Positions 38,266 to 48,523 of a stretch of 64,000 nucleotides of DNA are shown in pieces. Below the pieces are notes generated by a model. That model was not told where the DNA came from. It did not search any database and was given only the letters and a program-made list of their open reading frames with translations. This DNA is from Pseudovirgaria hyperparasitica (taxonomy: Eukaryota), in the NCBI GenBank assembly GCA_010093815.1, contig ML996565.1; one strand, given 5' to 3'. Both the position numbers and the translations under genes were made by a program. Numbering within the stretch: position 1 is the stretch's first letter; every line of letters starts with the position of its first letter.

Positions 38266-41200
38266 CTATTTGTCGTCATCATTGCCGAAATCCTGGTCAA
38301 GCTTATCAATCGAACTGAAGAGGGTGACATCAAATGTTTTGTCCTTGTCAAAAACTGACCCTGATCTGGAGGCACTAAGCTGATTTGACAGTTTTTGTAT
38401 TGTGTCCAGGGAACCCCCAGTGGATTCAATTTTGACTTTGAGAAGCAGAAGCGCCACTTGTGCCTCGGTTGCGAGCATCAGAGCAGCTTCTTGAAGTGGG
38501 GGATCGACCTTGTTGATAGTCTTTACCTCTCCACTTATAGGAAGCATGTTGATTGGGCTCAGGTAAAGACCTCTGGATAAGAAGGTCGAGGCGCGGCGAG
38601 CCGACACCATCTCCTGGAGCACCGTCTCGTTGTTCTTGATACGGTCGCTACCTAGTAGCGAGAATGACACTGACAAATTTGGAGATTTGTCGAGAGCTTC
38701 AGAGATGAAATCACAACCTTCTTGGATCTCACATGGGCTTCTGAATTTCCGAAGCGTTCGCAGTCGGAGCTCATTGAAAATATCTGATTGGTCTGCTTTT
38801 ATGCTGTTCACGGTCCAAAGGCCAATCAGCCAGGATCGAGACCTTACTGAGACGAATGCGTAGTTCCCAATATCATTAGCTGGGCTCTCGAAGTCTGAGC
38901 GTTTCTCTTCTGTCTGTGAGGTCCACTTCAGCATGATAGTGAAGGAGGTTTCGCTCACGCGAAGAGAGTTCAGATATCTCGGGACAATCGAAATATTCAC
39001 TTTGACATTGAGGGTTGTCTGCAAGGCAGCTCGGATCTCACGCTCTACGTCGCGATGGTTAGAGAATACCGTCCATGAAAAGCCCTCTGGCGACACATAT
39101 TCTGTCTGTACGTCGTTCTTCATCTTAATGTTGCCTACGATTTGTCCGGTCTTAGCATCTAGGGCAGTCCCTAGCTCCACTGGTACTGTCAATGGGGCCG
39201 GAGTACCGGTAGTATTTGGCCACTTGACCTGGGGCGGCGTGGCTGACCGCAGGCCTATTGGAGGAATGGCAACAATGCTGGAATCTAGAACTCCAGTTGC
39301 CAAGATGTCTGAGAATAATGTTGGCACATCTTCGTATCCATCAAGTCTGCCTATGAGTACTTCAAGGCTCTGAGGATTCTCGAACTAAAGTACAAGCCAC
39401 GGGTTAGTGTGCTGTTGAGCTGTCTTCGTCATGATGTGAACTCACTTTGATAGGTCGCCAGTTTCGGAAATCATCCAATGAGCGACGCCATTGAGGAGGA
39501 CTATGCGAGTGTCAGTGAAGGCTGTGCCGAGTATTTGGTCCGAAGAGCAAGATATACTTCACAGTATCTCCAGGATTTCCGCCAATGCTCGACCAAACAA
39601 TATACTCAGTAGTGCTCGATGATGATACCCCATTTGCGGTCGTCTCTTTCGTCTCTTTAGCAAATTTTCCATCAATCGAAAACACTTTAGCAATCCCAAG
39701 ACTTGCGTTAACTCCGGTCTTGAAATTTTCCTCATCCTTCTTAGTATCTGCTTCGGAAGTAGTATCCGCTTTGCGACTGTGGAAAAGCCGACCACCCAAG
39801 GTGGTGGTACTGAATGCCATCATGCCTACAAGTCTCAGTGTCAGCTAGGTAGATATTGTTCCAATATGGATCTACGCACCATACTTCTCATAGAACGATA
39901 GCAGATCTTCAAATCTACGTTCTTTCCGAAGCTTTGCAACATCCTCCTCAGCGTCGGGGCTGAGCTTGACGGTCGTCTCGTTGATATTAACCTGAGCCGC
40001 AGGCACGATATGAACTGCTACAAGCTCAGCTTCACTATTCTCATGATTCTCACTCTCTTCATGAGACTTCTGTCTTGAAAACCCGAACTTGGCCCCGACG
40101 TCAACTTGCTTGATCGGAAACGAGGTGCCCAGCTTAAATGATTTTGTGCTCATGCCACTTTCCATACTCCATTTTTCTTCGCTGCTGGTGGTCTTGGCAA
40201 CATTAGTCGTGCTTAATGCTTTTGAATTGCTCCAGAACAAGCCAGCGTGGGTATGTTTGTCGGCTCCACTGTCACGTTTTGTGCTTCCAATTCCAGAGTC
40301 TGGACGTAGAATGAAGACTGCATGCCGTAGCTTTAGTATCTAACATCATTGAAGAAAGCCGTCGATTTACTTACCTGGTCGAGTACTTCTATACACTGGT
40401 GCTGCTGCTTCTGTGACAAAGTTTTCTGTGACTTTTGCAGTAGGAGTTTCCTCCTTAGACTGCTTTTCCGGACCATCAGGAGAGGCCGGTTGCGAAACAT
40501 CTTTTACAGCATCCTTCGACCCATCTGTCGGTGCACCGCCCGAGGGCTTCGATTCAGCCTTAGACGATGCATTGATACTTCTAAGGCGAGAGACTTCGAC
40601 ACTGTTGACTTGAAATCCGTAGAGTAGCTCGTTGCCTTCAACAACCTTGTTCCACTCCACCTCGGTGAGATCACAGGCAGGCCTGTATAGAGTGTATAAG
40701 CAAGCCAGCTTATATGGCGCCCCCGCTCTCATTACGAGCAGCGTAGTAAACTTACCGGTACGCTTTCGCATCGAATTTTTCAACACCAATAGCGGGATCT
40801 AGGTCTCGAGCACCCTTCTCACCTGCAGTCTTCTTCCCAGAGCCGGTTTTTCCTTTCTCGTCAGGGGTCTGAGGCGAAGGACAGAGTAAGTTTTCTAGTG
40901 TGCAAATGTTCAAAGTTGACAAGGGGACTCTTACAGGGGCAGGAAGCCCAATATCTACATCATCAGCCTTGCGGGAGCTAGTATCCCGACTATATTTTCG
41001 GCGCCAGAAAACATGCAGAGCGGAGTCCCCGCTACCAAGTTTCACCTATAGAGGACTTGCTTAGTATGTCAATCAACATGACGTTCAAGACAACTCACGG
41101 CGCTGTTGTCTCGCTTTACATAGTCAGCGAGCGTAGTATGACTACTTATCTCTGCTTTGTCATTATTACTAAGGCAGAAGACTCCGTGGGCAAATCTAAA

Positions 41201-41749
41201 CTGCTTTAGATCTCGATAGTGATCATGGTATGCCGATACTTACTTTGAGCGGAAGGCGGACAGTGGGAGACCTCGGAGTGTTGTTTCCGCATTTCGCGCA
41301 TATGATACTAGTTGATCATGCTGTATGAGAACGCTACTTAGGAACTCTGTCTTCTTATCCCCTACGCTCAACTCTGTCAGGTAGACATCGAAGTCATTGT
41401 CGAAAAATGCTAAATTTATCTTAGAAACCTAAGTGATAGCATTCTAGAGACGCGACTCACATGCAATGTCTTTATCTAGCTTCAGAGGAGTTTGGTCCGG
41501 AGTCTTATCAGTCGCATCGTCGGACTTGTTCTCACTAGTAGATTCATCTCTGCTGGATGGTGTTGTGGTATCTTCGGGTTTAAATGTTTTTAGATCACCT
41601 CCCTCAGTTGAGTCGGACGTAGTTTCCTGGCCTGTCGTAGCTACCGGTGTTGCTGTTGCTGGTACAGCTGCATCTTTGTCTGCCTCTTTGGCAACTTGAA
41701 CGTTCGGAAGCTCCACTGCAGATGCTGGCTGTGACGGGAGAGGAGCCAT
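38266..41749 (-). CDS. MACPF/perforin-domain protein, 9 exons, about 1009 aa, no signal peptide
   Basis: Exons 41749-41461, 41409-41244, 41195-41099, 41045-40756, 40682-40375, 40317-39880, 39825-39558, 39500-39446 and 39384-38266 sum to 3030 nt in frame (exon-3 acceptor least certain). Contains FYEKYG-x9-GG (YGMMAFSTTTLGG), SIGGNP and QWRRSLDDFRNWRPIK. Confidence 0.85.
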
Positions 41750-42571
41750 GGCACGAATCTAAGGCCTTGATAGTCTTGAGGATCAATCATGGTACTAGAC
41801 ATCGACTTGGTTTATAGTATTGACACTATGGAGACAATACTGAAATCGCACGGCCATATATTGTGGCTTAGGATCACACGTCCAGAATTCAATGAAGATT
41901 CTCAATACTTTGGGATAGAACGGGATCTAGACACCGGCATTGCCGATAGACACATTGTAAGCGCCATGACTTAATATTGACTGTCTGATGCATACCGTAA
42001 TATGTGAAAGAGGCTTGCAGACGCCTACGCATGGGGAATGAGTAAGTCGGCCCCAGACTTGAGAATCTGGTACTGGCCAGTCGCCGCCTAGACAGGGGCA
42101 AGCGGGTAGTGGACACGGAGACACTGGTGACGGGAGCTTGGCACGGTTCGAGTGATTCGGGCCGTTTTTAGCAAGTGGGTCGTGCGTCTGGAAGCTACAG
42201 TATTACACCAACCTCGCTTGGCCCCTGAATATGACTAGGCAATGGATCAAGCCCACTTAACAACCGTCCCAAGCAAATGCTTAGCATTTCACAATAGCCA
42301 TTCAATGGGCCTGTGCTTGCATGGAACAGTACTGCAACTTCAAATTTACTGAACACGAGCCATTAAAGACCTTACATTCTAGGGTTCCAATTCCGCCCAA
42401 AACGCGGGCATGCCCTACACCTCTCTTAATGTTCGTTTCACTAGGTAATTCTGTCTCATGTGAATGATTCCACTGACGCACAGCAATTGGTGAACAAAGT
42501 ATATTCTGATTCCCTGGGCCTGCTTCACTATAGACTATATCATGCTCCCTAACATGGAGCTGCTAACGTGC

Positions 42572-42954
42572 TCATGCCTTGTAACAACAATTCTGGCCCG
42601 ACTTGCACTTTGGATTCGTCCCGCAGATCCATTTCGGTGGATTGAATTCGTCGTTGCCGCAGCAGTCCTTCATAACATCCGGACATGGCTCTTAGATTCA
42701 TGTTAGCCTAGAGCAAGATATACGATGAAACCATACTCACCCCATGGCTTATAGCAATTAAGCTGGGTGTCCACAAGAATGGTCTGGAGCCCATCACTTT
42801 GGTATGAGGTGCCGTCAAGTGCGGCATTATGAGGTTCGCCTTGTGCTTGAGGATAATTGCCGGTTCGATACTTCACGGAGACCTCTACGAATTCCGCAGA
42901 GATAAGCGGCAGAATAGCTAGAGAAAAGAGAGGAAAGCTGAGAAGGTGCACCAT
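42572..42954 (-). CDS. Small secreted cysteine-rich (8-Cys, knottin-like) protein, 110 aa
   Basis: Signal peptide MVHLLSFPLFSLAILPLISA. Intron 42740-42691 (GTGAGT...GCTAAC...AAG). C-terminus CYKPWEPCPDVMKDCCGNDEFNPPKWICGTNPKCKSGQNCCYKA. Confidence 0.82.
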
Positions 42955-43768
42955 AGTGGATGTGTCTTAGGTAGCGAGATAGAAAAGATGGCTGTTACTT
43001 TGTTATCATGCGTGTGAGAGCTTTATGTATTTCCATCAAGGGCTTGCATTCCTATCAAATATTGATCATGCAGCCTTACTAACACATGAAGTCCGGGCTG
43101 AGATCCAGTTCCAGTATAGCCGTTAGCGTCACCAATCATTACTACGTACCATCTCAATCTAGAACAGCCTTGTCGAGTGGCTGCATTTCAAAGCCCCGGA
43201 AACTTATGCTGGACCAATCACATGATGATATTAGGCGAGTAAACACTACGCGAGATAGTGACCAGTTGTATGTACCTCGTGAGTACTTCACCGCATGGGC
43301 CACAGCGGGATTCTAGGCTTGAATTCTAATAGATAAATATGATAGCGTTGGATTGGTAAACAACCCGATTCGAGACCGTATTTTCCGCATTACGTGACAA
43401 AAGAGCTGCAGCAGAGAATTTGTAACTTTGGCACAACGAGCATGGCGCTAACTCTTCTCAGAAATTCCAATTAACTCGCAGAGAAACCCATGGACTGGTG
43501 GAGGAGTTGAGACAACTGTAGGTGTAAGCGACTTGGCGAGTCCGAATGACAATTGTCAAACCGAAATGAGTGATTTGCTGTACTATGCAACTCTCGTGTG
43601 GGGAGCTCTCTAGTTCTCAAATTGTACAATATATAGCATGCTGTTGAAAGACTAGCTCTGACCTTCGTCCCATGACTATAATACTTCTATAAGCATCTCT
43701 ATCCAGCGGATATTCGTACATGAAATATTCCTCGTACATTCTATACTCATACTATACTACAAAACACC

Positions 43769-44267
43769 ATGGCCGAGAACCCACATAACCCACAAAGCCT
43801 CGGCACGAACTGTACTTTTGTCACAATGTCAGTACTAGCAGGCAAACCCTACAAGGATATGATCAAAGAGCTTGGCTGGATGGATGTAGAAGAAGGCGAG
43901 ATGCAGATTACGTCGGACGATCTTCAGAAGCATATCAAGGCGATCGGAGCAAAATTGAATCGACAAACATAGTGAGTCACCTGAACTATGAAAAATGGTT
44001 GATATCTCATCGTTACTGTTGCGCTGAAATTGTTAAAGTTGGTATGAACTACCAAATGCAGAGCTTGGCGACGCTGGAGTGTTCTTTACGAATCAATGTG
44101 GCATATGGCATCTCGATATGGTGGGTGTGTGGGTCATAACGGGCGCTCAGCTGGACCATGTAATTGTATTTTCGACAAAGGATGGATTTTTAGACTACCA
44201 GGGGAACGTACCCCAGCAGGCGAATGTGCCGGCGGCTGTTCGTAGCGTTTTTGGAATTAGCAAATGA
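43769..44267 (+). CDS. 143-aa putative papain-fold cysteine hydrolase (Tox-PL-like protease/deamidase)
   Basis: Intron 43972-44038 (GTGAGT...AAG) joins the two short ORFs in frame. Motifs TNC15TFVTMS, H108VIVF and FLD120YQ122. Confidence 0.65.
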
Positions 44268-44339
44268 GCGAAAAATGATCTTGTCTACTCCTCTCAGTAA
44301 ATGGTCATGTTGGGAATGACACCGTCGTCTCAGTGTAAA

Positions 44340-45370
44340 CACCCATACTAACCTTGAAGCACTCGCCTAGAAGCATCCTACGCGATGATATCAGTAACAA
44401 TGATCACATTTGAATAAGTAATAGCTCACAGATCTTTCAGTCCACGATTTTCGGGGAAGATAGCAGATACACCGTCTGGTAGAATCCACAAAAACTCTTT
44501 TGACACTGAAATGGAAATAATTGCAGCTTATATGGATCTAGACTCTTATCGTAGTCTTACAATGGCTCCGACTTGCCTATATATTCGATATACTTGTCAA
44601 TGTAGCTTTGTCCAAAGCCATTGCGTGCGGGGAATTCGTGTGTTAATCAACGTTCGTCTGGTTGACTTAGCATACGACTGTCTTACAATTGATATTTATA
44701 TGGGGGCTACACGCATCGAGCATCAGCCGCTGCTTTCAGAGTGTCTATTCCGCTGCCCTCCTTCGCCACAAATCCTCATGCACCAGATACGGCTTCACCT
44801 TCCTTCTTGACTATCCAATAGCTCAAGCAACCTAGGAATGTGGTTCTCGAAGATGCTTAGAATCAGCTCTTCCAATGAGGCATCCTATCCTTTAGCTCTA
44901 ATTTCAAGATCAAGTGCCAGTCGCATGTTCTTCAAGAAACATAACTCCCACCTACTCTCTTCCACAAGTCCGGGAGATATTGCTCATGTAAATCAGGCAT
45001 GGAATTCATATTTTCTTATGAGTGAGGCACTCTTCTTACGTAGCAATATTTGACCTAATTCATCTAGTGGTGGTTTATCACCTGTTACGTCAACGAAAGA
45101 GCAGAGAAGAAAGTATGACTGGGGTTCCTAGTGATATTGAACACAGGCTATCGTTAAAGGAACCAGATCCGGTGTTATTGCATTACGGAATTCATGAGTT
45201 GATATCCACGGCGGACCATAAGTCGCCGTAAAGTACAGCCACCTGGAAGATCTTTCGGCATTGTCCTGTGTAAGAAAGCATCTTGCTTGAATCGAGATAA
45301 CTAGACTTACGTCCTTCGATGTTAGGATCGAGCTTTACGAATTTAGCATGAGTGTAATCTCATATCCCAT
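44340..45370 (-). pseudogene. Decayed fructosamine-3-kinase family pseudogene
   Basis: Fragments TPDLVP..., YFLLCSFVDV, KYEFH, IPRLL, VKPYLVHEDLW (HGDLW motif), LDACS and PARNGFGQSYIDKY...SEPL*DYD occur in the expected order. They are broken by several stops and frameshifts; the boundaries are approximate. Confidence 0.78.
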
Positions 45371-46543
45371 GATCCTGTAGTGGACCACTCAGAAATACAA
45401 AAAACTTAGTATACTATAGTCTTGAAACCCGATATAGTTGTTGACGAAGCAAGGAAGTCATGAGTTATAACCGCTCGGTGGAACAATTTGAACGAATGGT
45501 ACATCGTTACAACATATACAGTAGCGCATTTACGTAGAAAACAACATGATCTCCCCACACCTCAAAATACAGAACGTCCCTCTCAAGATCTCTTTAGTTA
45601 ATATACGGAATCTTAAGAGAAATAGACTTACTATCTACCGAAAATGGAATCGAGGCAGTTACACCCACAGCCCGCAAACCTATTCACATATCCCATAGTA
45701 CTGGTATATCGAGACTCATTTGTAGCCCGGTGTCGCTGACTATAAGCCCTGTTACGAATATGTGTGAAGTCAAGGCGGCAGTTCAAGGGAAGACGAAGGC
45801 GTCTGGGTCATTTCGTAGCTCGTAATGTCATGATGAGAAGCATGAACGTTGTGGTGAGTATGGTCAAGAACTTCCGTCGTTGACACGGCGTGGAGTGATT
45901 TCAACTTCAGCTTGGAACGGCCAAGCCACGAGACGGCAGCACTCTGAGCTAGAAAGCCAGGAGTAAGGCTTCATACACTACAGATAGATTTCTAAATGAC
46001 TACTGTGACTAGCTTCTTCAAAGCACTTGCATTGGATACGATGATGACGTAAGAATGTTGAATCTGGCGCGGACGTTCTGTTTCGCAGTGGTAGATTTCG
46101 GAGAGTCAAGCAGCGCAACGCGGGTCAATGTCAATACCGCTCATAGGTACCCTGAAATTGATATTTACTAACCACAAATGTTAAAAGACTCCAGCTGATA
46201 ACGTTGATAGAAACAAATCCCGGAGCAACGCAGAACGACAAGGGAGAAGAGAGCAGACCATCAACGCCAAACGATACTGCGCTAAACGCCGTATGCCCTC
46301 GAACTGTATATCTCCCACAATGCTGCTGAGCTGAAACTGGGTATCCAAATAGTCGTAACGGACATGATTGAAAAATAATCGAGAGTCAGAAGACATTCAG
46401 CGACTTGATATAAAGAAAGGCATGATGAAATCGAAAACGACTAGATTTTTGGGCGAGAAAAGAGCGTGTAATGTAGAAGAAAGGTGCAAAGGAATTGAGA
46501 AGTGAGAGAACATTCTGATGTAGGAGTAGAGGCTTGAAAGCTC

Positions 46544-48523
46544 CTACTGATCCCAGACCCCTTCATCTGGCTCGAACAGCTCTGCACATCCCTCCAACCA
46601 TGTACTCCTCAAGACATCCGCAATCGTCCATCTCTCTTCTGGATTCTTCTGCAAGCACCCCTTCACCATCTCTACGGGTTCTGTCGAGCCTTCTTCAAGA
46701 ACTGCGTTGGTCTTGTATAAGGGTGCCTCGTCCCACTCACCATTTAGAATCTGCATGACGACTCGTGGCTCGAATGGGTCATTGAATGCTAATTGGGCCA
46801 TGAGCATTGCGTATACAACGTTGCCGAATGCCCACATGTCCACAGCTGTACTGTATAATTGGCATGGACTTTCCAGTAGCTCCGGTGCTGCATAACGAAG
46901 ACTGCCTGTAACAGACGTGCTTGTGTGACTGGGGCCGATATGCATTTCCTGATCGAATGGCTCTTGATCAAGACGATGCTCGTTGTATACAAAGTCGGCC
47001 ATCCCGAAGTCGCAAAGTAGAATATTACCGCCGTCGCATGCAGCATTGGGATCTGACATGTCGATCAGGACATTTTCGATCTTGATGTCGCGATGAACTA
47101 CATGCACATCCTCGTGTAAGAACCGGATCGCAGAAGCGAGTTGATATACGTAACGCTTCGCGAGGGAAGAAGGAAGGCCGCCAGCACCAGCCTTGCGCCT
47201 CGCATGGATGAGGTCAAATAGAGTGCCACCCTCGTTCAACTTCGTGATACAAAACGTAGCAAACGGTGTTTCAAAGCACTCAATCAAAGGTAGAATATAC
47301 TTGTGATTGACGTAGCGCCAGATCGAGACCTCGTGCTCAAACTCGGCCTGCACCTTTTCGTTCTCGTCTTCGCCTTTGCCAGAAACCTGCTTGCGTACAA
47401 TCTTAACGGCTCGTCGCCTACGAATGCCGTTCTCGAGGTTGAAAACTTCTTTGACCACACTGAAACCACCAACACCAATTTGTCGACCAATTATATAGCC
47501 TGTCTTGTCAATTTCCTGGCCTTCCTCGTCGAGTTCAGCCTTGCTTGCGCTATCATCTCGTGCCCACAAAGACAGAAATGCGCCAGCAGGCGACTTAGAC
47601 GAGTTGGAGCGAGCGGAGCTTCGTCGGCTAGGTCGTCGACCATCGCTTCTTATAACATCTCGGTAACTCCTCGAGCGCTGTGATGATCTCCGGCTGAATG
47701 GCAATGAGCTCGAGGTGAAAGCGGCAAGTGGAGATGAAGTCTCCTGTATGGGTTGGGGGCTCAAAGCGTCGTACTCAGATGGTGTCTGTACTTCGTCAGG
47801 CAAAGGTGAAGCAGTGCCATCAGAAGTGAGGGAAGCCACCCTTTCATCAGCTATGGCTGGACGGCGTGCCAAATCATCGACTGTAGTCTGAAGTAGCGGA
47901 TGCCTCATAACTCCCTGATGATAGCCATGAGGGTCTCTTCGTTGATAATCAAAGCGTTGACCTGTCCGTGGGTCATAGTCATCTCTCCTTGACTCGCTGT
48001 TCGCTCTATGCCTATTTTCTGCGATAGTCAACTCTTGAAGTATCGACCGCCCTCTAATCCTAGGTAGCTTTTCTGGTTTTGGCAAAGCCTCTTCGAGCGC
48101 GAAGGTTTTGCCATCCTCGAGTACTACGTCGGAAGCGAAGCTGACAGATGACCGGCGACTACCGCTGCGACTGCCGCAGTCCGAGTTTCCAGAAGACAGA
48201 CGCGCTGACTTGCCAGGTATATTTTGAGGTTCGCTATGTTCTACTTCATGGTAATTTTGTACTACTCCTTCTTGTACGTCGTGCAAGGCATAACGTTCGG
48301 AGGCGAGAGCGTCTGGGGCGAGCAGTGGTGATCGCTCTGCTATTGAGGCTGGGGGTCGGACTGGTTTAGGAGTTCCAAGTGCAGCATCCTCGTCTAAATC
48401 TTCATCTGCGATGGCAAGCCCGTGAGAAACCCGGCGTGAAAGAGGACTTGCAGCTATTGGTCTTGGGGACGTTGTATCAAGCTTCAGCTTCGCAAATAGT
48501 CTGGAGGTCTCCGCAGGTGCCAT
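46544..48523 (-). CDS. Ser/Thr protein kinase (CAMK-like, Nnk1-like)
   Basis: IGVGGFSVVK, AVKIV, HRDIKIEN, LCDFG, GSLRYAAPE and DMWAFG, with a long disordered N-terminus. Confidence 0.93.
   Translation of the reverse strand: MAPAETSRLFAKLKLDTTSPRPIAASPLSRRVSHGLAIADEDLDEDAALGTPKPVRPPASIAERSPLLAPDALASERYALHDVQEGVVQNYHEVEHSEPQNIPGKSARLSSGNSDCGSRSGSRRSSVSFASDVVLEDGKTFALEEALPKPEKLPRIRGRSILQELTIAENRHRANSESRRDDYDPRTGQRFDYQRRDPHGYHQGVMRHPLLQTTVDDLARRPAIADERVASLTSDGTASPLPDEVQTPSEYDALSPQPIQETSSPLAAFTSSSLPFSRRSSQRSRSYRDVIRSDGRRPSRRSSARSNSSKSPAGAFLSLWARDDSASKAELDEEGQEIDKTGYIIGRQIGVGGFSVVKEVFNLENGIRRRRAVKIVRKQVSGKGEDENEKVQAEFEHEVSIWRYVNHKYILPLIECFETPFATFCITKLNEGGTLFDLIHARRKAGAGGLPSSLAKRYVYQLASAIRFLHEDVHVVHRDIKIENVLIDMSDPNAACDGGNILLCDFGMADFVYNEHRLDQEPFDQEMHIGPSHTSTSVTGSLRYAAPELLESPCQLYSTAVDMWAFGNVVYAMLMAQLAFNDPFEPRVVMQILNGEWDEAPLYKTNAVLEEGSTEPVEMVKGCLQKNPEERWTIADVLRSTWLEGCAELFEPDEGVWDQ

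Noticed and set aside
45827..46156. ATGATGA...CTGA pairs as box C/D snoRNAs
   Set aside because: There is no terminal stem or recognisable rRNA-antisense element, and such motifs are expected by chance.
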